A stretch of DNA of 64,000 nucleotides, the filler included, from Octopus bimaculoides (Eukaryota), in assembly GCF_001194135.2 (NCBI RefSeq). It is 6 parts of 5 records of this genome, joined end to end, with 100 filler letters (N's around TTAATTAATTAA, not from the genome) between each part and the next. Parts side by side here need not be neighbours in the genome. Positions count along the whole stretch, not along the records: positions 1 to 15,669 come from NC_068983.1; 5 more parts are not named here. The stretch is one strand, 5' to 3'. The stretch's first letter is position 1, and each line of letters starts with the position of its first letter. The notes under the pieces were generated by a model. That model worked only from the letters and a program-made list of their open reading frames with translations. It was not told the origin of the DNA and searched no databases. Of this stretch, positions 1 through 14,639 are shown one piece after another. The translations under genes were made by a program, and so were the position numbers.

Positions 1-213
1 CTCAAATTTTAAAGCAAACACATAATTTTCTTATGGTTTCTTAAACATTCACTTGAACAAAACTGTACAAATCTAAATATATGGTACCCTAGGCATAACA
101 CCTACATGAACTTCTAACTTGTTATCTCTTGAGGTCTCTGGGTGAGACTTGGATCCAACTTGTACAAATGCAAAACAAAAGTCAAACATAAAATAATAAT
201 AATAATAATAATA

Positions 214-370
214 ATCCTTTCTGCTATGGACACAGGGCCTGAAATTTTGGGGGAGGTGGCTAGTCAATTAAATCGATTCCAGTGCGTAACTGGTATTTAT
301 TTCATCGACCTCGAATGGATGAAAGACAAAGTCAACCTCGGCGGTATTTGAACTCAGACTGTAAAGCAGG
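214..370 (-). mobile_element. SINE family B fragment (core GCCTTTCATCCTTTCG-GGTCGATAAA)
   Basis: Reverse-complement similarity to copies at 25935, 41985, 52230 and 58729. Confidence 0.75.
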
Positions 371-375
371 AAGTA

Positions 376-420
376 TTATTATTATTATTATTAGTAGTAG
401 TAGTAGTAGCAGTAATAATA

Positions 421-484
<64 letters not shown>

Positions 485-537
485 TAATAATTGTGATGAT
501 GATGATGATGATAATGACGATGATGATCATCATCATC
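376..537. repeat. Compound trinucleotide microsatellite (ATT/TAG/AAT/GAT)n
   Basis: Seen directly. Confidence 0.95.
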
Positions 538-3500
538 GAGAAGTATAAATATGTTAGAGAAAATATGTAGGTAAAATTATTCATAATTTCTGTATAAAGA
601 ATAAAAGTTTACATAAAGAAAGAAAAAGCAAGAAAACAAATTAAGAGAAATATAAAGTCAACTTAATGGATACTTTTGAAAAGATTACGTCTAGCGTATA
701 GAGATAATGAGCATGTTGTTCATTATCTTTGGAATGGAAATAATATTCTCATTGTTGACTTGGATACACAACCAAAAAAAACTACTTGAAATATATAGAG
801 CTGAATACTTAAAAACTGTTGTTCATAATTAAATATTCATTCTAACACAGAATATTGTAATGACCATTAAAACACTAACATTACGGGAAGAATTTATTAC
901 ACTTAATCAAGAAATATTCCATTGATAAATGCAATAAGCGAAAATTTATTTAGTTAAATCTATGCACAACATGAAAGTTAACCATATTGAAACAGAAACA
1001 ACATAATATTTATTGGCTTCTGTAACGTTTGATAAAACAATCTTAGCCTACTATTTCTTACGTATCCAAATTTTAACAACAGTAAAGGTTTAAATATAGA
1101 AATATTGGGTATAGAATAAAAGCAAAAATAATCTTTAAAATCAATGTTGCCAGCTGTAAACGTTTCTCACAAAAATTATGTCAGTAACGTGTTTTTATAG
1201 ATACATATTAAGATCAGTCTTGTTACAGATTTTAGAGAGCATTAAGATGTTCTGTTTTTCTACCAGAAGGACGGAACATCTTATGTTTCCATTTAAGTGT
1301 TTATATCGTCGGTGCTTTCCTTTACTGATCACCTATACAAGGCTTTTAATCCAGTTTTCTTTCGTGTCGGATGAGATGGGCGTAATATACACGTCGGCTT
1401 TTGCATAAGTTCTATGTAATGCAATCGTCGTGTTCTCTTGTTTTAATCCTAGATACTATTACATGATAACGGTTACCATTGCCATGAAATTACAATGCGA
1501 GATTATTTGCTTGTAGTTGTGCTATTTATACTTGTTAGAATGCAACGGTAAAGTTTTATTAAATATTGATCTTATCAGTACTATTCCACCCGTTTTACCA
1601 TTCAGAAACTTTTAAGTAGATTGAAAACCATTCAGTAATCTTTTACTATGAGAAATATAAACAATTTACTCGCTTATGGTTCCTAAAACCATTTGTATAT
1701 GTTTATAATTTCCATTCATATTTATTACATTTATTACGACAAATTAATTGGAAAATATATTTTATAAGTCTATATATAGATGCATTTATGGCAAGAGAAT
1801 ATGGAGTGATGTTACATTTGTTTAACCACACTTCACTTATATGATGTAGAATTTAGTATAAGAAACAGAGTTTATTCACTATGTACGAAAAATTATGCTT
1901 TATATAACCCCTTTTACGATACAAAATTTATTTTTGCCATTGTTCAAAGACACTTAAGACATAGAGCACTGTTTAGTTGAAATGAATTCGCTCACTATAC
2001 TGATTTTCTACGATGTCTTTCCCACAATTTTCTCATATAGGTGTAGAAGTATGAATATATAAGATAAACACGCGTATATATATACGCACATAATAAAATA
2101 TCAGTTATGAAACTCTTATATATAAAAAAAGAAGATAATTTAAAGGAGAGCGGAGTGTTAAAAAAATGAGAAAGAAATAGAGATAGAAAAAAGCCATTAA
2201 GTGACCAACAACACCTGTCAGGGAAACGACTGAAATATTCTCCAACAATAACCAATAAAATTGCCGTGCCAATACAAGACAGCAGTCACATTGGCAGGCC
2301 TATGAAATTTAGGTGCTTAGTACTTATAGTCTCGTCCAAACTAACACCTGTCCTCATTACTGAAGTATTTGGCACACATTCTCAGTCAGTTTATCTTGGC
2401 AAAGCGTTTAATAATGAAATAAAAAGATTCAGTTCGGTTGCTTGGAATGCAGACCTCCATTGCTTAGCCCACCATAATGTCATTTTTATTCAATGGGATA
2501 ACGGAAAGTTTTGATGCTGTTAGAATTTTTCTTTACATTCTTATCTTTCTGAATAGAATGTTTTGTTCTCTCCGTTTAAGTTTATTTATCGGAAACATTA
2601 GCTAAATTTCTTAGTGTGTATGTGTGCGCGCATGTATTTATTTATACATACATATAAACACATACACATGTATACTTAAATTCATATGTACACACTTATT
2701 TATTATTTATATTTATTTGTTAAGACAACATTATATTAAACCTAAACGCAAATATAAAAGCTAAATTTGATCTTCAGCTTTGCTTTTCATTGAGAACATT
2801 CGATGTTTTGAAACAAAACACGACTTATTTGTTCAGTAGAAATTGTGGCTTGTAATAGAGTAGTGGTGGTTTTACATTGACTGTAGATAATAATACATCT
2901 CTGTCTACATCAGTATTACATATACTGACTCCTTTCTGAAGTACTGGGTTTCAAATTTATTGTAGTGGTGAGTTCTAAAATGAACTGAATATTTCGTCTT
3001 CGCGTGCTCTGTCAACGACAAGATCGTTTGGCAGACTCTATCCTTCCCGAAGCTCACCGAAAAAACCCACAAAAATTTTGGCGCTGTCAATTCTTACATT
3101 GGGAAAGTGTTCAAATCCTGCAGAAGCTCCGATTTACTACTAAGGAGACTGGGTCCTTCGACAATTGTATTGATGATACAATGTAGAACTGATAGAACTG
3201 ACCCGGTATGCACTTGACAATTTTTAGAATAAAGGGATGCGATCGAGATTCTTGTTTTTATCAAGAGCAGGAATTGGCTTTTGTTGAAATCGAAACCGCA
3301 TCAGGGAATCGGTCTGAAGGAAGCTGACTTTTTGCTCTGTGGTACTCATAATTTATTTTATACATAAAGCTAACATTGAGAAATTGAAACTTCACTCTTT
3401 CAAATGATGTAATAAGCCAAGATATTTGAAAAATTGAAATTTAACGTCTCGTTTATGCAGCAAAATCTAAAAAGTGTTATATCATAATGTTTATTTCATT

Positions 3501-3789
3501 TTGTGGTTCTGCCTCTATAAATCGTCACTAGATTTTTAGTCTACCCAGAATCATCTTTTTCTTAAGGCTAGTGTAAAAAAGAAAATATTGATTTCTTTAA
3601 CATATAAATACGATAATGAGTTGAATCCACTCGTCTATTCTAATCATGTAGTGTATTCAGGTTGATTATTTGCATCCAGTATATATTTTCCAACTGTGTA
3701 CAATTGTTACAATCAGCAGTAAAACTGTAGATTCTTAAATGAAATTTCATTAATTGGCAGTGTAGGCCATACTATTGACTCAAAGAGTA

Positions 3790-4380
3790 AATCACAGGAA
3801 TCGATATTGCCAGCAACAAATTGGGAAGATATTCAAATGCCCTTTACTATATTAACGCACCAAAAGCTGAGATAAATTTTGTAGATACATAATCTTGCCT
3901 AGTTCGAAATTTAAACAAAGTGCACGAGTGTAAAACTTTCTTACAAATTGGAAGAGGAGTAAAACTTTTCACAACAGCATGATATTTTTAAATAATGATT
4001 TCCTTCAAACATGAAGATCAGATGCATTTATGTAATATCTGGCTATTCTAGGGTCAATCCTAACTTGTGGATTCTTCTGCCATAGCATCGAAAGTGGTAT
4101 GAAGTGAAGTTAATCACCCAAAATCGACTTCACATATTGTTTCAATATGACTGTTCAAAATATAAGAAACATACTGAGAGATTTGACTGTATATAAGAAA
4201 TATTAACCAGAGATCTAGAATATTTCTTGAGTAAATGATGATCCACTCATCTCTCTCTTTATATTTAAAATCATCAACATAGTATATCTGTACTAAAAGA
4301 GTTCTTGATAAAGTGCTCTCTTCTCACATAAAAGTCGACAGCTATTTCTTTTTAAAACCTGAATTAGAAATACTGTACAT
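3790..4380 (-). pseudogene. Highly decayed MULE (Mutator-like) transposase remnant
   Basis: Manual minus-strand translation across frameshifts gives W.KIHKLGLTLE, DYVSTKFI and NIFPICCW. These resemble the MULE motifs LWRKIQ.LGL and DY...W....FP..LW. Confidence 0.45.
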
Positions 4381-5069
4381 TGTAGTCTCTTTGATATTTT
4401 GAATGTAAACGCCAATGGTACAATTACACTTACTGAGTTTACTAATTATCAAGGTTAGAGATTATTTAATTTATAACAGTTAATAAATGGCTATAGTATT
4501 GTTTTTATACACACTAAATTTAGTTTCCTCCATCTCTTTTCTCTATTGTAAGTCGAGACTACCTAAGAGTTAATGTATTTGTTTTTTTTTACATTGCTTT
4601 GTCTATATNNNNNNNNNNNNNNNNNNNNNNNNNNNNNNNNNNNNNNNNNNNNNNNNNNNNNNNNNNNNNNNNNNNNNNNNNNNNNNNNNNNNNNNNNNNN
4701 NNNNNNNNNNNNNNNNNNNNNNNNNNNNNNNNNNNNNNNNNNNNNNNNNNNNNNNNNNNNNNNNNNNNNNNNNNNNNNNNNNNNNNNNNNNNNNNNNNNN
4801 NNNNNNNNNNNNNNNNNNNNNNNNNNNNNNNNNNNNNNNNNNNNNNNNNNNNNNNNNNNNNNNNNNNNNNNNNNNNNNNNNNNNNNNNNNNNNNNNNNNN
4901 NNNNNNNNNNNNNNNNNNNNNNNNNNNNNNNNNNNNNNNNNNNNNNNNNNNNNNNNNNNNNNNNNNNNNNNNNNNNNNNNNNNNNNNNNNNNNNNNNNNN
5001 NNNNNNNNNNNNNNNNNNNNNNNNNNNNNNNNNNNNNNNNNNNNNNNNNNNNNNNNNNNNNNNNNNNNN

Positions 5070-5244
5070 ATATATATATACGACAGGCTTCTTTCAGTTT
5101 CCGTCTACCAAATCCACTCACAAGGCTTTGGTCGGCCCGAGGCTATAGTAGAAGACACTTGCTCAAGATGCCACGCAGTGGGACTGAACCCGGAACCATG
5201 TGGTTGGTAAGCAAGCTACTTACCACACAGCCACTCCTACGCCT
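5070..5244 (-). mobile_element. SINE family A, 5' half (abuts TA repeat/gap)
   Basis: Near-identical to the reverse complement of the full copy at 18055-18510. Confidence 0.9.
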
Positions 5245-5880
5245 ATGTTTGGTGAGTATTTGATAAAAAATGATTGATGAATGTCTTCCATTTGTAAATC
5301 TTGTGTTCATGACTACCTCAATCGGCAACTATCAAGAGCCAGCCGGTGTTATGTTTGTATTTTCTCCATTATGGGAAGCAAAAATGCGCTGACATTAGTA
5401 ACTGACATGTAGAAAGTGAGGGTGTTTGCAATTGAATATTTTCATTCTATGAGACTTTCGTTATTGTATATACTTGTGATCGGAGTTCAGTAACACTGAA
5501 ACCAATAAATTAGTATTCTGAACAATCATTTTTATGACTTCCTTGACCTATTTCTACTTTATGTACAGACGATGTTGGGATATTCTGGAAAATGATGACA
5601 AAGATATTGAAAAGATAAGTGGCAGTCAGAGGGAAATAAAGTGGGATCCAAAATTGAAGTAGATTGTACTAAATGAAAGTAATTACACAATGCACAATAT
5701 TGGAGACAAATTAATATTGTGTTGGAAAAAATATTTAGTGGCAAAAATTAATAGGCAAGTAGATAGAAAGAGTGGAGGACAAGGAAGAGGATGAGAGTAT
5801 TTATTTATTTTGCTGTCTCCATTATATCATTCTTTGCATAACGAATTACACACACAAACACACACAAACGCACGTACGCA

Positions 5881-5923
<43 letters not shown>

Positions 5924-6897
5924 ATGCATATGAGTGTTTTTAGCTGACAAAAACGTTATTGAATAATCAGAAAAGAATGCGAAATCAGCTATGGTTTTCT
6001 AATTAAGTTGTTACGAAACGATGGATCCACAAATTTGATAGAAGTTAAGTCCGATTGTATAACCTGTAACAATTTTGTAACAATTTGTAAACGTAGATAG
6101 TAGTCCCTTTGTCACAATTTTGTAAACGTAGATAGTAGTTCTCCATATTAAATACTTCTTATCTCTGAATTAAGCCAACCAACAACTGTATTCCTTTATG
6201 CGCTCTTTTCTCTAAATGAAATATATAAGTGTATACTATTTATAATGAGCATTGTTTCTTTCATGTTTACTTATTACTATTATTAGTGTTGCTGATTTGT
6301 TGATGCGATAGGTAACAGCATCAGACATAAATTATTATTATTAATTATTATCCATGCCACGAACAATAATACAAACAATAAGGTACATCTAACACGAAAT
6401 ATTCTTAAGACCTCCAAGTTAACGTATGCATACAGGGAATTACTGCCTCTTATTATATATATATATATATATATATATATNNNNNNNNNNCAAGTACATT
6501 TTTTTTATTGAAACCGAAACTATGCGTTTGCTAGGGACTAGAGTTTCAATGAGCATATCCTTTACATATTGCATCCATCACTCTTCATCCATTGGTCCCA
6601 CATAAATCAACGTGTATATTATATTTATAGGAAATTACTCACATGTCTATCTAACATGTAAAACTTCATAGTTCCTATTAGCAAATGAAGTACGTGTAAT
6701 GATGAAGAAATAATACCAAAAAATTCCAATTTCCTGTTTCGTTATACAATAACGTCCCAAATAATATTTCCATAATTCTCAATTTTAATATGAATTTTGA
6801 CTAACAGTGGCTAAGGAACAGCAGCAACTGAGACTACATATTGGATTATAATAACGGAATAAGCATATGTGCTTCAAGAGGAATCAGATGGGATTTC

Positions 6898-6947
6898 TCC
6901 TACCTACCTACCTACCTACCTACCTACCTACCTACCTACCTACCTAT

Positions 6948-6989
<42 letters not shown>

Positions 6990-7030
6990 ACCTACCTACC
7001 TACCTACCTACCTACCTACCTACCTACCTA
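6898..7030. repeat. (CCTA)n(CCTG)n tetranucleotide microsatellite
   Basis: Seen directly. Confidence 0.95.
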
Positions 7031-7348
7031 TATATTCAATGTATATATATATGCTTTTAATAGGCACATTACATGCTTATGTGTGCTACTAATAGTTTCA
7101 TATGTTGAAAAATACCTCAAACGTATTCATCAGGCACAAACCACATATCATAACGAGCTATAAATTGAATTAGAGAAGAAACGCAAAAAGTTGAGAAGAA
7201 AGCATATAGAAAACGTGGAAGGTAAAAAAACGGAAAACGAAAAAGTAAAAAATAAGAAGTAAAAAAAGTAAAAATGTTATCTTCCTTAGACCTTAAATTA
7301 TAAGGCTGGAGAGAGACCAACAGGTTATTCAGGTGTAGGCGGAATTTT

Positions 7349-7755
7349 TCAATTCTTTAAAATGTGCTTAGACATATGTTTACAAACGCTGAAAATTTTA
7401 GACCTAGAGTTCATTAGTGAGTTAGGGATCTTAGACCTGAAAAGGATCTGAGCTCTTTCAGCCAAATGTAGCCTACATTTGTTTGATCCATTAACATAAG
7501 GTGTGGATCTTTCAATTATTTTCCACTTAATAACACATGGTGTTGCGTTAGATTTTAAATTCCACACGTGGCTAGCCAACTTAGTAACTTTGCTTTTGTC
7601 CTTATGAAGGAAGGAGGCTATGTGATTGGCATAACGATATTTAAATTATCTTTCACATAATCCAATATAAGTATTTTTACCTGTTGTATTATCATCTAGC
7701 GTTGCAGTAACTTCTGCTTCGTATATGACAGATTTAGTCATACATCGCTGGTCAG
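7349..7755 (-). pseudogene. Penelope-like element GIY-YIG endonuclease C-terminal remnant
   Basis: Frameshifted translation CMTKSVIYEAEV...TYIGLCER*FKYRYANHIASF...KLASHVWNLK...IKWKIIERSTPYVNGSNKCRL.LAE...LMNSRSKIFSVCKH matches the PLE endonuclease motif order. Confidence 0.8.
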
Positions 7756-8287
7756 GATCCTGGGTGAATGGATCTGTGGTAGAATCGTGAGGTTCGATTT
7801 CCAGCCTACGTTGTGTTTTGTGTTTTTGAAAAGACAGTTTATTTTACGTTGTTCCTGCTCACTCATCAGTTGAAATATTGCGAGTCATCAGAACAAGCTG
7901 CAACGGGCTTTCCCTTTGCCTTGGACAACATTGGAATAGAGAGGGGAGACTGGTATGCACGGGCGACTGTTGGTTTGCCACAAGGAACCTTGCCCGAACC
8001 TGTACTTCGGAGGAGAACTTTATATACATCTTATATGTGTACAGAAGTGAAACACTTCTTTTTGACACTATGGTGACAGTCGGAGTTCACGGTTAACGTA
8101 GAAGACAATTTTTATGAACATGAAGCTTGTAAACGAGTGGACAGTTAGGTGTTGGACAGTTAAATGTTGAAAGAACGACATTTGCGTCGCAAAGAAATAA
8201 ATTCACCTTCGGTCACCCCGCTGGGTAATAGATTCGAAATGCAATTCTAAGGAATACACGCGCGCGCGCGCATATGCATATTTTCTT

Positions 8288-8682
8288 TCTCTTCTTTCTT
8301 TTTACTTGTTTCAGTCATTTGACTGCGGCCATGCTGGAGCACCGCCTTTTAGTCGAGTAAATCGACCCCAGGACTTATTCTTTGTAAGCCTAGTACTTAT
8401 TCTATCGGTCTGTTTTGCCGAACCGCTAAGTTACGGGGACGTAAACACACCAGCATCGGTTGTCAAGCGATGTTGGGGGCACAAACATAGACACAAGCAT
8501 ACACATATATACATATATACGACGGGCTTCTTTCAGTTTCCGTCTACCAAATCCACTCACAAGGCTTTGGTCAGCCCGAGGCTATAGTAGAAGACACTTG
8601 CCCAAGGTGCCACGCAGTGGGACTGAACCCGGAACCGTGTTGTTGGTAAACAAGCTACTTACCACACAGCCACTCCTGCGCT
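8288..8682 (-). mobile_element. SINE family A, full length
   Basis: Colinear with 18055-18510, including the central microsatellite slot and 3' tail. Confidence 0.9.
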
Positions 8683-8759
8683 TGTATACAAACATTCAAA
8701 ATATCGTAAATTTCCTGTCGCAGACGACAGCAGGGAATCTTCATTTACTACATTAGTTC

Positions 8760-8968
8760 TCTCCATTTCATTAATCGTTAGTGCTGTAGATTAGTTCATT
8801 TCCTCTATCAAATCGACATTGCTGTGCCGCACGTCAGATGTCAAAGTAATTGCAGAGCAAAGTGAGATGGAGCATTTTGCCCAAGAACAAAACGCACCGT
8901 CCTGTCCGGGAACCGAAACTACTACCTTGCGATCGTTAATGCAACACTCTAATCACTAATCCACGTGC
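8760..8968 (-). mobile_element. tRNA-headed SINE family D, degenerate
   Basis: Similar to 38455-38680 (B-box GGTTTCGATTCC-like, CTTGAGCAAG/CTTGGGCAAA core). Confidence 0.55.
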
Positions 8969-9042
8969 ATATATATAGAGAGATAGAGATAGAGAAGTAT
9001 GAGAGAGATAAATAATAGACAGGTGTATGTATGTATGTATTA

Positions 9043-9115
<73 letters not shown>

Positions 9116-9574
9116 CATGTATGTATTCTCTTAGTCTTTTACTTGTCTCAGTAATTTGACTGCGGCTATGCTGGAGTACCGCCTTGAAAGGTTTTAGCCG
9201 AACAAATCGATCCCGGGACTTATTTTTTAAGCCTAGTACTTATTCTATCGGTTTCTTTTGCCGAACAGACACACACATGTATATTAAAACATATATTAAT
9301 GTTTGCTTTCATGTACAGTTATATGTAAAAATAGTCAAAAATCAATTGAAAGACTACTCTATATCTTTAAATAGAATATTGCATTTAGTAAAATTTTATT
9401 GGGAACAAATTGAAGCGTCGCGCCCTATAGATGCACATACACACACTGATATACACATGAGCGTGAGTGTTTGTGTGTGTATGTAGATAAATCAAAGTAT
9501 AATATTGTTTTTATATTAGTAAATAAAATTTATAAATTAGATATTGTTCCGATATGTGCCCTTAAATATGTCTA

Positions 9575-10219
9575 TTGTCTTTTACTTGTTTCCATTTTAC
9601 TACGTCCATTCAGGGGTACCGCCTTGAATGGTTGTGTCAATCAAATCGACCCTAGAACTTTTTTTTTTGAAGCTTGATACTTAATCTATCGCACACTTTT
9701 ATTGAATCGCTAAGTTACGGGGACATAAACACANNNNNNNNNNNNNNNNNNNNNNNNNNNNNNNNNNNNNNNNNNNNNNNNNNNNNNNNNNNNNNNNNNN
9801 NNNNNNNNNNNNNNNNNNNNNNNNNNNNNNNNNNNNNNNNNNNNNNNNNNNNNNNNNNNNNNNNNNNNNNNNNNNNNNNNNNNNNNNNNNNNNNNNNNNN
9901 NNNNNNNNNNNNNNNNNNNNNNNNNNNNNNNNNNNNNNNNNNNNNNNNNNNNNNNNNNNNNNNNNNNNNNNNNNNNNNNNNNNNNNNNNNNNNNNNNNNN
10001 NNNNNNNNNNNNNNNNNNNNNNNNNNNNNNNNNNNNNNNNNNNNNNNNNNNNNNNNNNNNNNNNNNNNNNNNNNNNNNNNNNNNNNNNNNNNNNNNNNNN
10101 NNNNNNNNNNNNNNNNNNNNNNNNNNNNNNNNNNNNNNNNNNNNNNNNNNNNNNNNNNNNNNNNNNNNNNNNNNNNNNNNNNNNNNNNNNNNNNNNNNNN
10201 NNNNNNNNNNNNNNNNNNN

Positions 10220-10251
<32 letters not shown>

Positions 10252-10410
10252 GACGGGCTTCTTTCAGTTTCCGTCTACCAAATCCACTCACAAGGCTTTG
10301 GTTGGCCCACGGCTATTGTAGTATACACTTACCCAAGGTGCCACGCAGTAGGACTGAACCCGGTACCATGTGGTTGGGAAGCAAGCTTGTTACCACACAG
10401 CCACGCCTAT
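9575..10410 (-). mobile_element. SINE family A spanning an N-gap at its internal microsatellite
   Basis: 3' half at 9575-9733 and 5' half at 10220-10410 flank the gap. Confidence 0.8.
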
Positions 10411-11122
10411 CATTTCATCAAGAAATGTACTGTGATGATTTATCTCTGGTAACCTATTTGATTTTAACAAAATGAACTTAATTTTAAAAAAATCTGATTG
10501 CATTACACCAGACTGTATCTCTCTATTTACTCACTGCGTCACATTTTTTCAATCTACCCACAATATTATAGTACAACTTTAATATACAACTAATATACAA
10601 CTAATTGAATAAATCAATGGGAGTAAAATATGTACTTTGCTTGATGCACTACGATTTTGTTATCCTTACATTATTTTTAAAACCAAACTCTAATCACCGA
10701 AAGAGATTCGTAGCTGTCAGCTGGAATTGCAATAGTTTATATTAAAAGTTTTCCAGCTTTGCCTTTGTTTAATAAATGATTAACGAAGAAGGTTGTTGCT
10801 CCTATATTGTTTAGCCCCAGATCAGCCTTAATCGAGTAGACCTATGACCAAAGGTATTTCAGTCATGATCACCCCGTCAGTATGCAGACATTACATATGG
10901 ACGCCTAGAATATCCAATGACTTTGTTTACTTCTTTTAAGCGTTAGGTCGTAATTTGGGGTGGGCAACAAGTCGTACGGAAGAAGGTTCCCTGTTTGGTT
11001 GAGTTATCGATTCTTGATATTTGATGTTTCCACTGATGAGATAAATATTTTTTCGCACAAGATCACAGGTGTGTAGGGAATTGAATACAAGGGATTAAAT
11101 ATATATAATATATCCGAGTATA

Positions 11123-11355
11123 CAGACTTGGCCAAAAGTCACCTGACAGTAAATCAAAACCATTTAATTCCAAGATTTATTTATGTTTAACAACTGAATT
11201 AATTTAATAAAATCATCTAAATGTGAAGCATCATGAAAATTGTTCAAACTGAAGTCCTTCTTGAGCGACACATTTTCCCATTCGAGTCAATACAGAATTA
11301 CAGATAGTATTTATGGAATTTTGATTTACTGTCGAATGACTTTTGGCCAACCCTA
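11123..11355. mobile_element. Tc1/mariner-type MITE (~233 bp)
   Basis: ~40-bp TIRs (TTGGCCAAAAGTCA..GACAGTAAATCAAAA) and TA on both sides. Confidence 0.8.
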
Positions 11356-12400
11356 TATTACTAGTTTTATATATAATATTACTAGTATATTACTAGTATA
11401 TTACTAGTATTATTTTATCAAATATGGAGAAAAATAGCTAAAATCAACCAAGTTAGAAACGTTAAGGATGGAACGTCAAAACGAAAGTAAATACGGATGA
11501 GGATTTAGTTTGACCCTCTATCACATCTATTTCTTGACTTTCATGTAATATAATAAATACAAATGTGTAATTTTTAACCATCACGTTTTAATGTATCATT
11601 TGAGACGAGTCAATGAAAGAGCCCTGCTGTGGTCATTCAACCTGTAAGTCAAGTGAAGGACATTTTAGATAATTCAATGATAGATACGCTGTCAGAATAA
11701 ACGATAGGATGGTCACGGTTAGAGCGCGTTTGGTCATAGGTCAGTTTCTTTTATATATAGCTAAAAAAGCCTCATTTAGTGTTAATACATGAATATAACA
11801 TTTTAATAATTAATTATAACCAATTGAAGTTATAATTCTCTAATAGACGGTTTATCTTGCTTATACATTTTTCCTCGATTACTCACCAGGTATGTGAGCT
11901 TCCTATATCACTAACTGTCTCATATCATCTCATATTTCACTGATAAAACAAATATGATTTCTCAAGTTAGCATACGGCCACCAATTTGTAGAGTGGAGTA
12001 TAGCCGAAAGACTAACATAAATTAAATAAGCTAATATTTATAAGTATTCCAAGTTTGTATTCAAGAAATGTGTTATATAAATTTAACTAAAATTATAACT
12101 GAGCCAATTCCAGATCATAACTCAACAGTTTAAGAGAAGCAATGGGAAGAAATATGGAGTAGTTGGAACACACAAGATGATAGCTTCTTTCCTTTTCTAT
12201 ATGTATAAAAGATTTAGAGTTCAGTTACAACAATATATATCTCCCACAGGGGGATGATGAGAAAATATATAAATAGAAACATATTCAGAATGTATTTGAT
12301 ATAAATATATGTATATATATATTTATATATATGTGTGTGTATGTATATATATATATATACACACACATATATATTTATATATATGTGTGTCTATGTATAT

Positions 12401-12448
<48 letters not shown>

Positions 12449-12846
12449 ATGCATACAAATATGTGTACATACAGATTTACATGATATAAATGCATATAAA
12501 CACATATATGTAATATATACATATGTTTACATACGCAGATACATATACACATATATACACATACACACGCATATACACAGGCGCGCGCGTGCGTATGCGT
12601 TATGTGTTTGAAGGGGAATGCAGCTTGGAACTTGATGATGATGAGGCGATAGGTGTGTATGAGTGGAAGAAAATGAAGGTGAAATAAAGAGATAAGAAAA
12701 ATAAGAGCAAAAACCTCAAAATTAAATAGAGGCAAAGAAAAAGAAAAACCCAACAATATTGAAGTAGAGGGACGTGGAGAGATAAAATACAACATGAAAG
12801 CATCACCGATGAAAAAATGTCAGGAACGGGTGAGGAAGAGAGGGAG

Positions 12847-12895
<49 letters not shown>

Positions 12896-13645
12896 AAGAG
12901 ATAGTGATAGAAATGAAAGAGGAGGTTATGAGAAACCGAATACATACATTGAAATTGTGAGCGTGTAGTAAAAGCTGCGTAAAAAGCGTCGAAGACAAAA
13001 AAGCTGTTACAATAAACCTCTGTTACAGATAAAATAAATAAGACCCTAATATTTGAGGGGATAAATGTGTGTATATCTTGTTCTGAATAGGTAAATATCA
13101 AAGTTATTGATATGTTATTCCATCTTAGTACCATAATGAAGTTTCAAATAGTTTCTGATGTTCTCTAATGAACAATATTCTTCTTTGTGTCTTAGGCACC
13201 AAACAAAAGGCGTTTCCCATCGTTTTCCGGCTGGAATTCCATTCAGACTTACTCCAAGCAACAGTAGCAATTCAAGTTGACACTTTTCGCATCAGCGCCA
13301 TGTATTTATCCTTAAAATTCAGTGAGTGAGGGAATTAAAAAGGCAATGGGCACTGCTTTTCTTGAATGACAAATATAATGAACAGTATCAAAACTAATTC
13401 TCATAATCCATTTATCTCCGTATATGAAAAGAAAGAAAAAAATCGACTGGAACATAAGCTGAAAAATTTATTTCATACCAGAAATTCTGGTATCCGACCG
13501 CTAGTATTTTGCACCGATTATAAGAAAATACAACGTGGAAACATTTTATTCNNNNNNNNNNNNNNNNNNNNNNNNNNNNNNNNNNNNNNNNNNNNNNNNN
13601 NNNNNNNNNNNNNNNNNNNNNNNTATATATATATATATATATCAT

Positions 13646-13747
<102 letters not shown>

Positions 13748-14639
13748 ACCTACCTATCTATTTATATATATATAAGAAAGATATGGGAAACAAATCCTAC
13801 ATTGAAAAATAGGAATGATTCCAATAAAAATGTTTATGGCATTAAAAGTATATGAGGATAAAAAAAAATATTCAGATGATACAAGCAGAAAAAATCCTGA
13901 AAAGGGATTCCAATGTTTTTATAAGGAATCAAGCCAAGATGTTTGATGTTCGCAGGGAGAAGTTTATGTTGCGTTTAAAATGGAACTAGTTAGGTTGTTC
14001 CACTAAAAGCGAAGAAGCGCCAGTAATAATGAGACTTTTCCAACACAAGGCTTGAACGAAGATAAAGAGGAAGGTTGAGAATTCAGCATGTACAAACATT
14101 CAAAACAAAGGTCGAATATGATATAAAATCATCTTTTATAGTTATATCAATATTTCGCCATATCTCTAAAGTCTTCTCTTAAAATGTAGGCAATATTGAG
14201 AAATTATTTTCTATATATCTGAAAATAGGTCACTAATGATATCGATTACAGATCAACCATTTCAATAAAAGGTAATAAGTTAACAATTATTTTATTTCAA
14301 ACCTGCCTCTAGTCACACTATTAAGTGATCAGTATTACACTTTTAAAACGAAATTAAACACACCTTCAAAATAATTTCGAACCGTCACCATATGTTTGTC
14401 ACAATATTTTATAAAAAAATTAAGTTTTGAAGTTTTTAATCCAATTTTAAAAGGAATAACTTCCAAGAGACCCCCACCCGTAAAATAAAAAAAATTAGAG
14501 AGCTCAGTGAGAAATAATGCTACAGAACTTGTTCTTCAAAAATATGTTCAACATACCGTTGAAGAAACACACACATTGTTACAGAGATAAGATTTCAATT
14601 GCTGTAAATAAAATATATACAATTTTAGCAAAATCTTTT

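Noticed and set aside
2266-3186. Short non-repetitive ORFs at 2266-2514 and 3004-3186
   Set aside because: No motifs or consistent splice structure in any frame; probably decayed repeat.
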